A DNA stretch of 59,892 nucleotides from IMG/VR virus record IMGVR_UViG_3300031864_000001, positions 1 to 59,892 of that record; one strand, written 5' to 3'. The stretch comes from a virus (taxonomy: Duplodnaviria > Caudoviricetes). The position numbers were made by a program, and so were the translations under genes. Below, one piece after another: positions 16,672 through 26,082 of this stretch; position 1 is the first letter of the stretch; each line of letters opens with the position of its first letter. Under the pieces are notes generated by a model, which saw only the letters and a program-made list of their open reading frames with translations, made no database searches and was not told where the DNA came from.

Positions 16672-18586
16672 ATCATTAAGGTTAGAGAACTTCAAGGGGG
16701 TCCGGGATTTCATCCTTCAAGCCCATGGAGAGAATTGCGTCATTAAAGGCATCAATGGCGCCGGTAAAACAAGCATCATGGATGCGTTCCTCTGGCTCCT
16801 GTTTGACAAGGACTCCCGGGGAAACGCTCAATTCTCCATAAAGACCCTTGATGCCAAGGGTGAAGCCCTGCACGACCTTGAACACAGCGTTGAGGGTGTC
16901 CTCAATATTGATGGCGAGGATCTCGTACTTAAAAAGGTCTATAAAGAGATTTGGCGGACGAAACGGGGAAGCCGGAAATCGGAGTTTTCAGGCCATACCA
17001 CAGATTACTACATTGATGAAGTCCCGGTCCAGAAAAAGGAATGGGATAAGCGGATATCCGAGATTATTGATGAGGAAACCTTTAAACTGCTTACCTCTCC
17101 CACTTCCTTTAATTCCCTACGCTGGCAAAAACGCCGCGAGATCCTGCTTGATGTGTGTGGGGATATCTCTATGACCGAGGTCATCGATTCAAACAATGAG
17201 CTTTCTGGCTTAGTGACTATCTTGAATGGCCATAAAGTTGATGAGCAGAAAGCCATTATCACCGGCAAAAAGAAGAAAATCAACGATAGGCTCAAGGAAA
17301 TACCGGCTAGGATAGACGAACTGGATAAAAGCCTTGCCGATGTATCAGGTTATGACAAACAGGCTATTGAGGGGCGGATTTCGGAGCTCAATAAGGAGAT
17401 CCGGGCCATTCAGGACAATGCCGAGGTAGCAAATCTCCGAAAGAAGAAGGCCGAATTACAGGCAAACTTAGCTGAATTCAACATGAACCAAGCAGGGACG
17501 CATAACCGCAATGTGATGGTATATAACGAAAAGAAGGGGGACCTAGAAACAGAGATCAATAAAAAGAAAGCCAGCCTTAAGGAAATAGACGAACGAATCT
17601 GGGAGCTTAAAGCTAGAATCACAAAGAATGAAACGAAAATGGTGAGGCTCCGAGAGGACTTTGAAAATATTGATAAAATGAAGGCGCCTTTTCCTGACAA
17701 ACCACCAGATAGAAGTGAGATTACAAATAAATGTTATGCCTGCGGTCAGGATTTACCGGAAGAACAAGTCCACGAATCCTTTGATAAGGCATTGGCCAAA
17801 TATAATAAAGACGTTGCTGAATTCAACCAGCAGCAGGCCGAAAAGCTGGCCGAGATTAACGCGGAAGGCAAAAAACTGAAAACTGAAAATGAGGAAAAAG
17901 CAGAGACCATCAAGGGCATGGAAAAGACCCTGAAAGAAACAGGGGTCGAGATCCAGAACCTTGAAAAAGAACTATCCGAGGTACATGAACCCGTTAAACC
18001 GGAAGATACTCAATTAATAAAGGATGCCAAGGCTCAAATAAAAGACGTTGAAGAGGCTATTGAATTCAAAACAGAGAATTTGCCTGATACCGGTATCCTT
18101 GAAGCCCAAAAGAAAGCGGAACAAACCAAGCTCGCGGAGATTGAGGCCGCCAAGAAGACTAAGGACCGGGTAAAGGAACTCGGGGCTGAGGAAAAGAAGC
18201 TGGCCGAGGAATATGAGGAACTGGAAAGACAGACATATTTGATTGAGCAATTCATCGTGTCAAAGGTCAACCTCTTAGAGGAAAAGATAAACAGCAAGTT
18301 TGAGCTCGCACGGTTCAGACTTTTCAATATCCTGGTCAATGGTGGCGTCGAGGAAACCTGTGTGACCACCTATAACGGCGTGAGCTATGGGGATGCACTA
18401 AATACCGGTGCAGAAATCAATGTCGGTCTGGATATTATCAAAACCCTTTCAGAACACTATGGGATAAAGGCTCCGGTATTTATCGATCACGCGGAATCAA
18501 TATCAGAGATCCTTGACCCCGGGATGCAGACAATTAAGCTGTTTCAAGATGAAAACTTTAAGGAATTGGAGGTAGTTTCAGAATAA
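16655..18586 (+). CDS. SbcC/SMC-like ATPase
   Basis: LENFKG, GINGAGKTS Walker A, long coiled coil with CYACGQ hook, PVFIDHAES. Confidence 0.9.
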   Translation: MEIKLKSLRLENFKGVRDFILQAHGENCVIKGINGAGKTSIMDAFLWLLFDKDSRGNAQFSIKTLDAKGEALHDLEHSVEGVLNIDGEDLVLKKVYKEIWRTKRGSRKSEFSGHTTDYYIDEVPVQKKEWDKRISEIIDEETFKLLTSPTSFNSLRWQKRREILLDVCGDISMTEVIDSNNELSGLVTILNGHKVDEQKAIITGKKKKINDRLKEIPARIDELDKSLADVSGYDKQAIEGRISELNKEIRAIQDNAEVANLRKKKAELQANLAEFNMNQAGTHNRNVMVYNEKKGDLETEINKKKASLKEIDERIWELKARITKNETKMVRLREDFENIDKMKAPFPDKPPDRSEITNKCYACGQDLPEEQVHESFDKALAKYNKDVAEFNQQQAEKLAEINAEGKKLKTENEEKAETIKGMEKTLKETGVEIQNLEKELSEVHEPVKPEDTQLIKDAKAQIKDVEEAIEFKTENLPDTGILEAQKKAEQTKLAEIEAAKKTKDRVKELGAEEKKLAEEYEELERQTYLIEQFIVSKVNLLEEKINSKFELARFRLFNILVNGGVEETCVTTYNGVSYGDALNTGAEINVGLDIIKTLSEHYGIKAPVFIDHAESISEILDPGMQTIKLFQDENFKELEVVSE

Positions 18587-18609
18587 ATTTTAATTAAAAG
18601 GAGGATCTG

Positions 18610-18888
18610 ATGGAAGTAAAAGAAACCAAAAAACATTTACCGTGTGAATTGACAGAAGAAGAAATCGGTGTATTGGCTCGGAAGATTCAAAATGGCTATG
18701 AATTCCGCGATGTAGATTGCGAAATTCAATTTTTAGAAAACGAAAAAGCCGTACAGATCGTTCGACTCGATACGGGGCAAGTTATTGAGAAAAGAGCAAT
18801 GACGCCCGATGAATTACAGAAGAATCTTTTTGAAGAAGAACCCCCCGAAGAAGGGTTTGAAGAAGAAAAGGAGGCAAACCATGAGTAA
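18610..18888 (+). CDS. Hypothetical protein
   Basis: RBS AAGGAGG; LPCELTEEE...RLDTGQVI..RAMT. Confidence 0.7.
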   Translation: MEVKETKKHLPCELTEEEIGVLARKIQNGYEFRDVDCEIQFLENEKAVQIVRLDTGQVIEKRAMTPDELQKNLFEEEPPEEGFEEEKEANHE

Positions 18889-20011
18889 ACCACAAGAAAA
18901 ATTACCAGCAACACAGCAAGGAGAGAGGGGCTTACCCGTAAAGAATGAGACCATTGACGCGGTAAGCAACCGTATCAAGGTCTTGCAAAACTCCGGAGAG
19001 CTACACTTCCCACCGGATTATAGCCCACAGAACGCCTTGAAATCAGCGTGGCTGATTCTGCAAAACGTAGTGGATAGGAATCAGAAGCCAGCATTACAGG
19101 TATGCACAACGGCCAGCATATATAACGCGCTCCTGGACATGGTAATCACCGGCCTCAATCCGGCGAAGGCTCAAGGTTATTTTATCGTGTACGGCAATCA
19201 GCTCGTATTCCAGCGATCTTATTTTGGAACGCAGGCACTAGCCAAGAGGGTGAATTCCGATATTGAGGATATTACAGCCGTGGTCGTGTATAAAGGCGAT
19301 GAATTCGAGTACAGGCTCAGTAAGGGAAAAAGGATTGTGTCAAGGCATACACAGAAACTTGAAAACATTAATTCCAAGAATATCGTTGCCGCTTATTGCG
19401 AGGTCTATAATCACGAAGGGGAAATAATAGCTTCTGATATTATGACCATGGATGAAATCAAGAAGGCTTGGGCAATGAGCAAAATAAAACCGATTACTGA
19501 GAAGGGCGATATCAAGAAAGGTTCTACCCACGATGAATTCACCGAGGAAATGTGCAAGAGGACAATCATAAACCGAACCTGTAAACCGATTATCAACAGT
19601 TCGGATGATAAGCACCTTAAGCTGGCCGCCAGTCGTTCCGAGGTTGTCCGCACGGAAAATGCAATAGAGGAAGAAATTGAGGAACACGCCAATCAAGACT
19701 TTATAGACGTTGATGAGGTAAAAGAGACATCCGGCCAGGAAGAACCCCGGGAAGAACAGGCAAAAGAAGACGCGCCGGACAATGAAGAAAAAGCCTCAGA
19801 TAATAACGGCTCTGGTCGCGTGTATGTTCATTGCGAAAATCCAGATGCCAAAAGCTATTTCAAAAAAAGAATCGCCATAGAGGTCTGTGAGAATAATTGC
19901 AGATTTTTCCCTAAGTGTGAGACGGCCCAGGATGCGCTTAAAAAGGCCATGCCAGGGACAGAGACGGGGGAAGGCGAGGATGGTCAGAAGAAGCTAGGAC
20001 CGGATTTTTAA
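18881..20011 (+). CDS. recT: RecT family ssDNA annealing protein with C-terminal Cys4 module
   Basis: NALKSAWL, GLNPAKAQGYFIVYGNQL.FQRSYFG, EMCKRTII; start ATG 18881. Confidence 0.9.
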   Translation: MSKPQEKLPATQQGERGLPVKNETIDAVSNRIKVLQNSGELHFPPDYSPQNALKSAWLILQNVVDRNQKPALQVCTTASIYNALLDMVITGLNPAKAQGYFIVYGNQLVFQRSYFGTQALAKRVNSDIEDITAVVVYKGDEFEYRLSKGKRIVSRHTQKLENINSKNIVAAYCEVYNHEGEIIASDIMTMDEIKKAWAMSKIKPITEKGDIKKGSTHDEFTEEMCKRTIINRTCKPIINSSDDKHLKLAASRSEVVRTENAIEEEIEEHANQDFIDVDEVKETSGQEEPREEQAKEDAPDNEEKASDNNGSGRVYVHCENPDAKSYFKKRIAIEVCENNCRFFPKCETAQDALKKAMPGTETGEGEDGQKKLGPDF

Positions 20012-20046
20012 TAAATCTTTTAGTGGGTTTAATGAAAGGATATAAG

Positions 20047-20748
20047 ATGGATCAAATTAAAATAAGTGCAAAAAATCTTGGGCAAATAGCCCTTGATGAT
20101 TTCTGTCCAAGGTGTTTCTGGATCAAGCTCAAGGTTAATAATAAACTTCCTTGGCAGATTTTTCCCGGCATCTTTAGCTCTATTGATTCTTATACTAAGA
20201 AATGTACCCATATTCTCATTGATAAGGGATTACAGGATTTGCCGTGGCTATCAACTTTGGGTGAGATAACGAAATATCATAAAACACCTCATTGGTCTAA
20301 ATTTACAACCGATTTCCCGGAGCTTGCTATCACGCTCAATGGTTCAATGGATGATATTTTTGAACTTCAATCAGAGGCCTTTGTGATTGCGGATTACAAA
20401 ACATCAAGATATACGCCCAACCAAGATAAACTTTTGCCATTATATAGAATCCAGCTTAACGGCTATAAAATAATTGCGGAAAGATGTGGGTTTAAAGATG
20501 TTTCAGGTCTTTGGCTTATATATTTTGAACCAGCCACGGAAGAAGGGGATGCAGAGCAGAGGGCTTATCCGAACGGGTTTGATATGAGATTTAATGCAAA
20601 ACCTATTCAAATAGAAATCGATGATTCCTTAATCATAGCAGCCCTAGAAAAAACAAGAGAAATATACGAATTGCCATTGGCTCCAAGGGGCGTAGAGGGG
20701 TGCAAGGATTGTCAAAACCTTAATCCAATAATTGATATGTTTTCATAA
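20047..20748 (+). CDS. PD-(D/E)XK (Cas4/RecB-like) exonuclease
   Basis: CPRCFW, GSMDD, IADYKT, QLNGY, CKDC. Confidence 0.85.
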   Translation: MDQIKISAKNLGQIALDDFCPRCFWIKLKVNNKLPWQIFPGIFSSIDSYTKKCTHILIDKGLQDLPWLSTLGEITKYHKTPHWSKFTTDFPELAITLNGSMDDIFELQSEAFVIADYKTSRYTPNQDKLLPLYRIQLNGYKIIAERCGFKDVSGLWLIYFEPATEEGDAEQRAYPNGFDMRFNAKPIQIEIDDSLIIAALEKTREIYELPLAPRGVEGCKDCQNLNPIIDMFS

Positions 20749-20755
20749 CAGACCA

Positions 20756-21478
20756 ATGAACATCAACATTTACCATAGTTCGAGCGCCAGCAATGTATAT
20801 AGGATAGATGACGGCAACACGCCTATCTTATTAGAAGCTGGCGCTCCTATTAAAAAGATTAAAGAAGCACTCAATTACAAACTATCCAATATCGCAGGGT
20901 GTCTTATATCACACTCTCACATGGACCACGCCAAAGGATTAAAGGACCTCCTGCAATGCGGGGTAGATTGTTACGTGAGCCCTGAAACGGCCCAGGCTTT
21001 GGATTTATCAGGCCACAGGCTACATATTATCAAACCCATGGAGCAGTTCAAGATCGGAACCTGGACGATAAAGGCATTTTATCAGGCTATTACCGATGAA
21101 AAGGGAGAAATTAAACATTTACACGATGCCCCCTGTCTCGGTTTTCTCATGGTATCAGGAGAGAATAAGGTGCTTTTTGCGATTGACACCAATTATATCC
21201 CCTATAGGTTCCGGGGACTGACCCACATAATGCTCGGTGTAAATTATGACAATGAGATCCTTATGGACAACGTCACGCTCGGTCATATTCACCCTGAACT
21301 GACAAAAAGAATACTTAAAAACCACATGAGCCTGAGAACGGCTAAAAACTTTTTTAGGGCAAATGATATGAGTAAGGTCCGGGAGATATACTTACTGCAT
21401 TTATCAGATGGTAACAGTAACGCGGAAAGATTCAAAACGGAGATACAACAGATCACAGGGAGGCCGGTATATGTATAA
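20756..21478 (+). CDS. Metallo-beta-lactamase-fold hydrolase
   Basis: SHSHMDH, HDA, IDT, NHMS, LLHLSDGN. Confidence 0.9.
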   Translation: MNINIYHSSSASNVYRIDDGNTPILLEAGAPIKKIKEALNYKLSNIAGCLISHSHMDHAKGLKDLLQCGVDCYVSPETAQALDLSGHRLHIIKPMEQFKIGTWTIKAFYQAITDEKGEIKHLHDAPCLGFLMVSGENKVLFAIDTNYIPYRFRGLTHIMLGVNYDNEILMDNVTLGHIHPELTKRILKNHMSLRTAKNFFRANDMSKVREIYLLHLSDGNSNAERFKTEIQQITGRPVYV

Positions 21479-21521
21479 CCTTATGAGATATATTGAGAGC
21501 CGTAGATGAAAGGAGAGAAGG

Positions 21522-21698
21522 ATGAAAAAGATAAGGATATTATGGCGATATAGGGAAGATAAAAATACTTCATTTATGGAGGGTTATGTAGAAGAATCAA
21601 ATGATGATTTTTTGTATATTTCCCCAATATCTACGTGGCAAAGTGGGGCATGGTATAAACGAGACGAGATTGAATATTGGGTTATGGGGGAAAAATGA
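21522..21698 (+). CDS. Hypothetical protein (58 aa)
   Basis: Manual translation; RBS AAGGAG. Confidence 0.6.
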   Translation: MKKIRILWRYREDKNTSFMEGYVEESNDDFLYISPISTWQSGAWYKRDEIEYWVMGEK

Positions 21699-21850
21699 AA
21701 GAAATAAACTGGGAAAGTAGATTGTGGAAGGTGAGTGATGCTAAAACAGACAAAGCATTTTTAAACCGTCTATCTAAATGGGTCTTTGACCTGACGGGAA
21801 ATGTCAATGTTACAATGAGATTAAAAACATTATCAATTAAGGAAAAATGA
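21695..21850 (+). CDS. Hypothetical protein (51 aa)
   Basis: Manual translation; ATGA coupling at both ends. Confidence 0.6.
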   Translation: MKEINWESRLWKVSDAKTDKAFLNRLSKWVFDLTGNVNVTMRLKTLSIKEK

Positions 21851-21984
21851 TTTACCTAACCTGCAAACATAGAAGAAATCACCCTAGAGTAAGCATTAGA
21901 GTGTGTGAGAAGTGCCGATACCGAAAGAAGTGTAAAGAGTATCAGGGGTATTTGAGAGAGAGAGAAAATGATTCAGGAAGATGA
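21847..21984 (+). CDS. 45-aa Cys4 protein resembling the RecT tail
   Basis: MIYLTCKHRRNHPRVSIRVCEKCRYRKKCKEYQ. Confidence 0.65.
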   Translation: MIYLTCKHRRNHPRVSIRVCEKCRYRKKCKEYQGYLRERENDSGR

Positions 21985-22123
21985 AATCACAACCTGTGAT
22001 ATATGCGGGAAACAGATATGGTTTAGTGAGGGACTTATTTTTTACATAAACGGTGAACCCCGGCTGTTGTGTAAAAACTGTCAAAAGAAACATGAAAGCA
22101 ATATCATTCAGGAGAAGCCATGA
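21968..22123 (+). CDS. 51-aa zinc-finger protein
   Basis: CDICG...LCKNCQ. Confidence 0.65.
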   Translation: MIQEDEITTCDICGKQIWFSEGLIFYINGEPRLLCKNCQKKHESNIIQEKP

Positions 22124-22293
22124 CAAAATTAGACCAACAGAAAAAAGAAAACTTTTGGAAAGAAAACTTTTGGTACTGTGCCCTTGAAGATGCTATTTTT
22201 TGGATAGGGGAAAACTTAAAACCGGAAGACGTATTTAGCTTCGATAAATTGAAACTATGGGCAAAAAATCATGGATATAAGGAGAAGCCATGA
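22120..22293 (+). CDS. Hypothetical protein (57 aa)
   Basis: Manual translation; flanked by AGGAGAAGCCATGA repeats; internal 15-bp tandem duplication at 22144-22173. Confidence 0.6.
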   Translation: MTKLDQQKKENFWKENFWYCALEDAIFWIGENLKPEDVFSFDKLKLWAKNHGYKEKP

Positions 22294-22478
22294 AAATGCC
22301 TTTTGGAAAATATAAGGGCCATGATATTTGTTTTATCAATTCAGGTTATCTTAGGTGGCTCTTAGATCAGGATTGGTTTTTGCGAAGGGATGAAAACGAG
22401 ATCCTAGCCATAGAAAAGGAGCTTGAATTGAGGGATATGGATAGCTCACATTTTTATGAGGATAAAATAAATGTATAA
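22290..22478 (+). CDS. DUF3820-like protein
   Basis: MPFGKYKG...YLRWL. Confidence 0.8.
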   Translation: MKMPFGKYKGHDICFINSGYLRWLLDQDWFLRRDENEILAIEKELELRDMDSSHFYEDKINV

Positions 22479-23202
22479 ACGAGGCTGGATATTTCAAGGC
22501 TGGGGAATACGGGCTATTCTTGCGGGTCAAAAGACCATGACGAGAAGGATTCAGGGGTTAGAGTATATCAATAAAGAGCCCGATAATTGGGAACTAATAT
22601 CACCTGAAACGATTCCTTATGTTATGGGTGCTACATTCCGAAGCAAGCAAGACGCCTCTATAGTGAACATGAAATGCCCCTACCAAGTCGGTGACATACT
22701 TTGGTTGAGGGAGACATTTTGTTATGCTAAACCATTTGGCTATGATGCCCGTGATGACGGGGGAGAAATTTGGTATCGGAGTACAGATCAAAATGTATGT
22801 GAGGGTCCCTGGAAACCTTCTATCTTCATGCCTCAACGAGCCTCCCGGATTGATGTCGAGATAACAGGCATTAAAGCACCCGAAAGGGTGCAGAGTATAC
22901 CGGAAGACGATGCGATTAGGGAAGGGTTTGAACCAGATGCTAAAGAGATATGGTGGCAAGGATATAGAGAAATGGATTATAAAAATGGACAAACCGACCT
23001 TGTTCATCAGGAATATATTGGAGATGAACCTCCTTCGTGGATGATAGAACCACATAAAATGTTAGATAAACCTTGGCCAAGGTTTTCTGCAAAACTGAAA
23101 TTTGAAAATAAATGGATCGAAATCCACGGCCCCGGAGCATGGAGGCGGAACGACTGGGTATGGCCGTATGAGTTCAGCTTGATCACTTTAATCGGAGGAT
23201 AA
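22471..23202 (+). CDS. ASCH/PUA-like phage protein
   Basis: AILAGQKTMTRR, CPYQVGDILWLRETF, WKPSIFMP, WVW. Confidence 0.8.
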   Translation: MYKRGWIFQGWGIRAILAGQKTMTRRIQGLEYINKEPDNWELISPETIPYVMGATFRSKQDASIVNMKCPYQVGDILWLRETFCYAKPFGYDARDDGGEIWYRSTDQNVCEGPWKPSIFMPQRASRIDVEITGIKAPERVQSIPEDDAIREGFEPDAKEIWWQGYREMDYKNGQTDLVHQEYIGDEPPSWMIEPHKMLDKPWPRFSAKLKFENKWIEIHGPGAWRRNDWVWPYEFSLITLIGG

Positions 23203-23206
23203 AGCC

Positions 23207-23602
23207 ATGACAAACGAACAACTTGACCGATGGTTGGCTGAGGCTGAGAATGTGATGGGATGGATTTTATCATCGTATAGTAAACTGTTTTGGCATGTCA
23301 AAACGGGTCTAACAACAGGTTTTAGTAATAGTAAGGTTGGGGGAATGGATAATCTTTGGCATCCCACGACCTCAATCGAACAGGCGATGATGTGTGCTGA
23401 AAAATTAAGGCTAACAGGATATAAGATTACTTTATGGGGAAACCCACCAGAGGCAGTAAAGACAGATTCGGGTGGTAAGGCCGGATATCATTGTAGAATT
23501 ATTCCTTATGGGCAGGGTATGGAAAAGTCAATCCATGCCAAAACCCCTGAACTAGCAATATGCAAGGCAATCTATGAAGCACTAAATGACACAAAAGAGT
23601 AA
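23207..23602 (+). CDS. Phage ABA-sandwich domain protein
   Basis: VMGW...WHPTTSIEQAM..AEKL...TPELAICKA. Confidence 0.75.
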   Translation: MTNEQLDRWLAEAENVMGWILSSYSKLFWHVKTGLTTGFSNSKVGGMDNLWHPTTSIEQAMMCAEKLRLTGYKITLWGNPPEAVKTDSGGKAGYHCRIIPYGQGMEKSIHAKTPELAICKAIYEALNDTKE

Positions 23603-23783
23603 AGCCATGACCGCCCTATACGAAGAAATAGACAGGTTGAAAAGGGAAAACGGAGACCTGAAATATCACTTACGGACAATAGAACAGAAAGCCATTAGCC
23701 TATTAAGCGGTGGGCCTATTGGGCAAATTGTTGACATACGAGATATAGCAAGAGAAGCCCCGAAAAGAGGGAAGGATGAATAA
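23586..23783 (+). CDS. Hypothetical coiled-coil protein
   Basis: ORF in operon orientation. Confidence 0.6.
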   Translation: MTQKSKAMTALYEEIDRLKRENGDLKYHLRTIEQKAISLLSGGPIGQIVDIRDIAREAPKRGKDE

Positions 23784-23946
23784 TCCAGATGCAATAATAG
23801 CCAATGCTACATGGGGTGCTTGTTGGTATTGCAAGTTTTTTGATAGCAAGGGTGGTTGTGGGGTGGCTAGTAGTCCAGAAGATTTTGAATATGACCCCCT
23901 TTTAGAATCTTTTGTTTGTAAATTATATGAACAAGAGGAAAAATAA
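23776..23946 (+). CDS. 56-aa Cys-rich protein
   Basis: Manual translation; CWYC...C...C. Confidence 0.55.
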   Translation: MNNPDAIIANATWGACWYCKFFDSKGGCGVASSPEDFEYDPLLESFVCKLYEQEEK

Positions 23947-23992
23947 TTGACCCATCTCCCCCAAATAGATAATATCCCCCAAAAGGGGGTGA
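23947..23992 (+). promoter_or_regulatory. Recombinase promoter and RBS-occluding hairpin
   Basis: TTGACC-N17-TAATAT followed by CCCCC-AAAA-GGGGG hairpin covering the SD. Confidence 0.55.
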
Positions 23993-23997
23993 TAGAA

Positions 23998-25047
23998 TTG
24001 AGCAATAGATGTCGGATTGTCTATCTCAAGGACAGGAAAGAGTATGCACTCAGGCTTTACTGGAAGGGGAAGGAGTATCACAGGGGACACTATGACAACC
24101 GATTAAGGCTTATTTATAAGAAGCTCGCTGAACGCCTGCAATCAGCCATTAATCAGGACATAGACGACAAGGGAGAGGATTTCGACCCCCGGATGTGGTT
24201 TGTGTCAGACCGGGAGCTACAATTCTCATACGCTGTGGACGAATGGTATAAGACAAAGGAATACGCCCCGGGGACTATTAGAAACGTGGAATCAGCCATA
24301 GCAAGGGCAAAAGAGTATTTTGGGGATACCAATATCAAAACCATCCGCAAGGCTCATATCAAAAAATTCGTGGACACCCTGCCTCAATCCCCGAATACCA
24401 AGAGGGCAATCTTAAGCTACCTGAAATCGGCCTTAAATGATATATGCGATGACTGGCACTTGATGAGGATACCCTTTCCCTTTATTACCATACCCTACAG
24501 CGAACAGAAGTGGCTAAAAAGAGAACAGCAGGATAAGCTAATAAACCTTATCCCTGATTATAATTACCCGATATTCAGGCTAATGCAAGCCTATGGTTGC
24601 CGAACCTCTGAGGCGTGTGCCTTGATGTGGGATTGTGTGGATTGGGAAGAAAGGACAGTCTTTTTCAAGAGAACATTCTCAGCCCAGACTATTTTAAGGG
24701 AAACGACTAAAACGGGATATTATAGGAAGGTTCCACTGACAGACAATATCATAATCCTGCTTAGACCCTTACGCTTGGATATTAGCAATCAGTTTGTTTT
24801 TAAGAACCTCTTGGGTGAGCCGTACAGACAGCAAACAGTATGGCAGATATGGAATAGGATATTAAAGAGAAACGACATAGAGCATATATCAGTTAAGAAC
24901 GCCTTTAGGCATAGCAAGGTAAGCCAATTAGAGGAGGCGGGGTATTCCCTAGAAGAACGTCAGAGATTTATGGGACATAGGAATCCGAACACGACACAGA
25001 TTTATTCACATAAAGATGTGCAAGAATTGAAAGGAATGGTGGGATGA
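23998..25047 (+). CDS. Tyrosine recombinase/integrase
   Basis: GCRTSE, TKTG, NAFRHS (His of HxxR replaced), MGH, TQIY; N-terminal arm-binding-like region; probable TTG start at 23998. Confidence 0.9.
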   Translation: MSNRCRIVYLKDRKEYALRLYWKGKEYHRGHYDNRLRLIYKKLAERLQSAINQDIDDKGEDFDPRMWFVSDRELQFSYAVDEWYKTKEYAPGTIRNVESAIARAKEYFGDTNIKTIRKAHIKKFVDTLPQSPNTKRAILSYLKSALNDICDDWHLMRIPFPFITIPYSEQKWLKREQQDKLINLIPDYNYPIFRLMQAYGCRTSEACALMWDCVDWEERTVFFKRTFSAQTILRETTKTGYYRKVPLTDNIIILLRPLRLDISNQFVFKNLLGEPYRQQTVWQIWNRILKRNDIEHISVKNAFRHSKVSQLEEAGYSLEERQRFMGHRNPNTTQIYSHKDVQELKGMVG

Positions 25048-25244
25048 TGTTCGTTGTTAGAAAATATTTAGCATACCTTGTTTTTGATGAATCTGAGGGG
25101 ACTGATAGTCCAACAATCGCCATCGAACCATTAAATAATTTAGTAACACCTGCTATTTTTGAAGAGCAACGCTATGGAAAAAATCCATTAGATGCTTATA
25201 GAATGGCGAGAAAAATAGCGAAAGATCTTAATAATAAAGAATGA
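25044..25244 (+). CDS. Hypothetical protein
   Basis: ATGA-coupled to the recombinase. Confidence 0.6.
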   Translation: MMFVVRKYLAYLVFDESEGTDSPTIAIEPLNNLVTPAIFEEQRYGKNPLDAYRMARKIAKDLNNKE

Positions 25245-25277
25245 AAAAGTACGAAAGTGATACGAGAGGGAGAAAAA

Positions 25278-25478
25278 ATGGCACATTCTGAAGTATGTCC
25301 GGTTTGTCGTGGTAGGGGTATAGTTGAGGCTCACCCTGAATGGCAAACAGACATAAACGCCTCAACACCAAAGCCCTGTCATGGATGTGGTGGATTAGGT
25401 TGGGTAAGTGTTCAAGATGAATCTATTACAAAATTAATTCATGGTCATATTCCAACAGCAACAGATGGGCAGAGATAA
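25278..25478 (+). CDS. DnaJ-type zinc finger protein
   Basis: CPVCRGRG and CHGCGGLG. Confidence 0.75.
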   Translation: MAHSEVCPVCRGRGIVEAHPEWQTDINASTPKPCHGCGGLGWVSVQDESITKLIHGHIPTATDGQR

Positions 25479-25480
25479 AT

Positions 25481-25759
25481 AACCCTCCCCGCCGGAAATG
25501 GCAATAGACATATGTGAAGATTTTATAAAATATACATTTGGAAAGGAAAACAATGCGGGTTTGTAGTTTTTGTGGCAATACTGAAGCAGAGGTCGAAGTT
25601 ATAATTGCGGGGCCGTCTGGACTTTTTATCTGTGAGACCTGCGTTGAGTTATGTTGGGAAATAGTTAAAGATCGAAAAGGAGCTCGTCTTATAAAAGAAA
25701 TTGAACAAGAGAAGTTTAATGAATTATGGGGCACAGACTAACAACCCTCCCCGCCGGAA
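25481..25759 (+). repeat. 17-bp direct repeat A (AACCCTCCCCGCCGGAA) x2
   Basis: 25481-25497 and 25743-25759, flanking one gene. Confidence 0.9.
25553..25741 (+). CDS. Stand-alone ClpX-type C4 zinc finger
   Basis: CSFCG...IIAGP...FICETCVELC.EI. Confidence 0.85.
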   Translation: MRVCSFCGNTEAEVEVIIAGPSGLFICETCVELCWEIVKDRKGARLIKEIEQEKFNELWGTD

Positions 25760-25778
25760 GGGGAAAGGAGAGAGTGAT

Positions 25779-26063
25779 ATGGAAAGACCTAAAGAAAAAT
25801 ACAATGAAGAGTATGACCTTCATTATTATGATGATTATGAAGCAGACCAATATATGGACGACCTCGAATCCCGCCTCAAGAAAGTGGAGGCGAGAATGGA
25901 GGAAGCAAGGGAATCTTTAGAAACCGACCCCGATTATGATACAGGACTCATTAATGACTATGGTGGTGGCAATATCGGGTGGTGGCAGGATTACATACGG
26001 TCAGAGATTGAAAGATGCAATGAATATTGGAAGGAAAGAATAGAACAAGCCCTCAAGGAATAG
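25779..26063 (+). CDS. Hypothetical protein (paralog of next gene)
   Basis: MERP...LESRLKK...ALKE. Confidence 0.7.
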   Translation: MERPKEKYNEEYDLHYYDDYEADQYMDDLESRLKKVEARMEEARESLETDPDYDTGLINDYGGGNIGWWQDYIRSEIERCNEYWKERIEQALKE

Positions 26064-26082
26064 GGCAATAAAAGGAGAGAAG

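Noticed and set aside
20047-20748. CRISPR Cas4
   Set aside because: Context next to RecT indicates a recombination exonuclease
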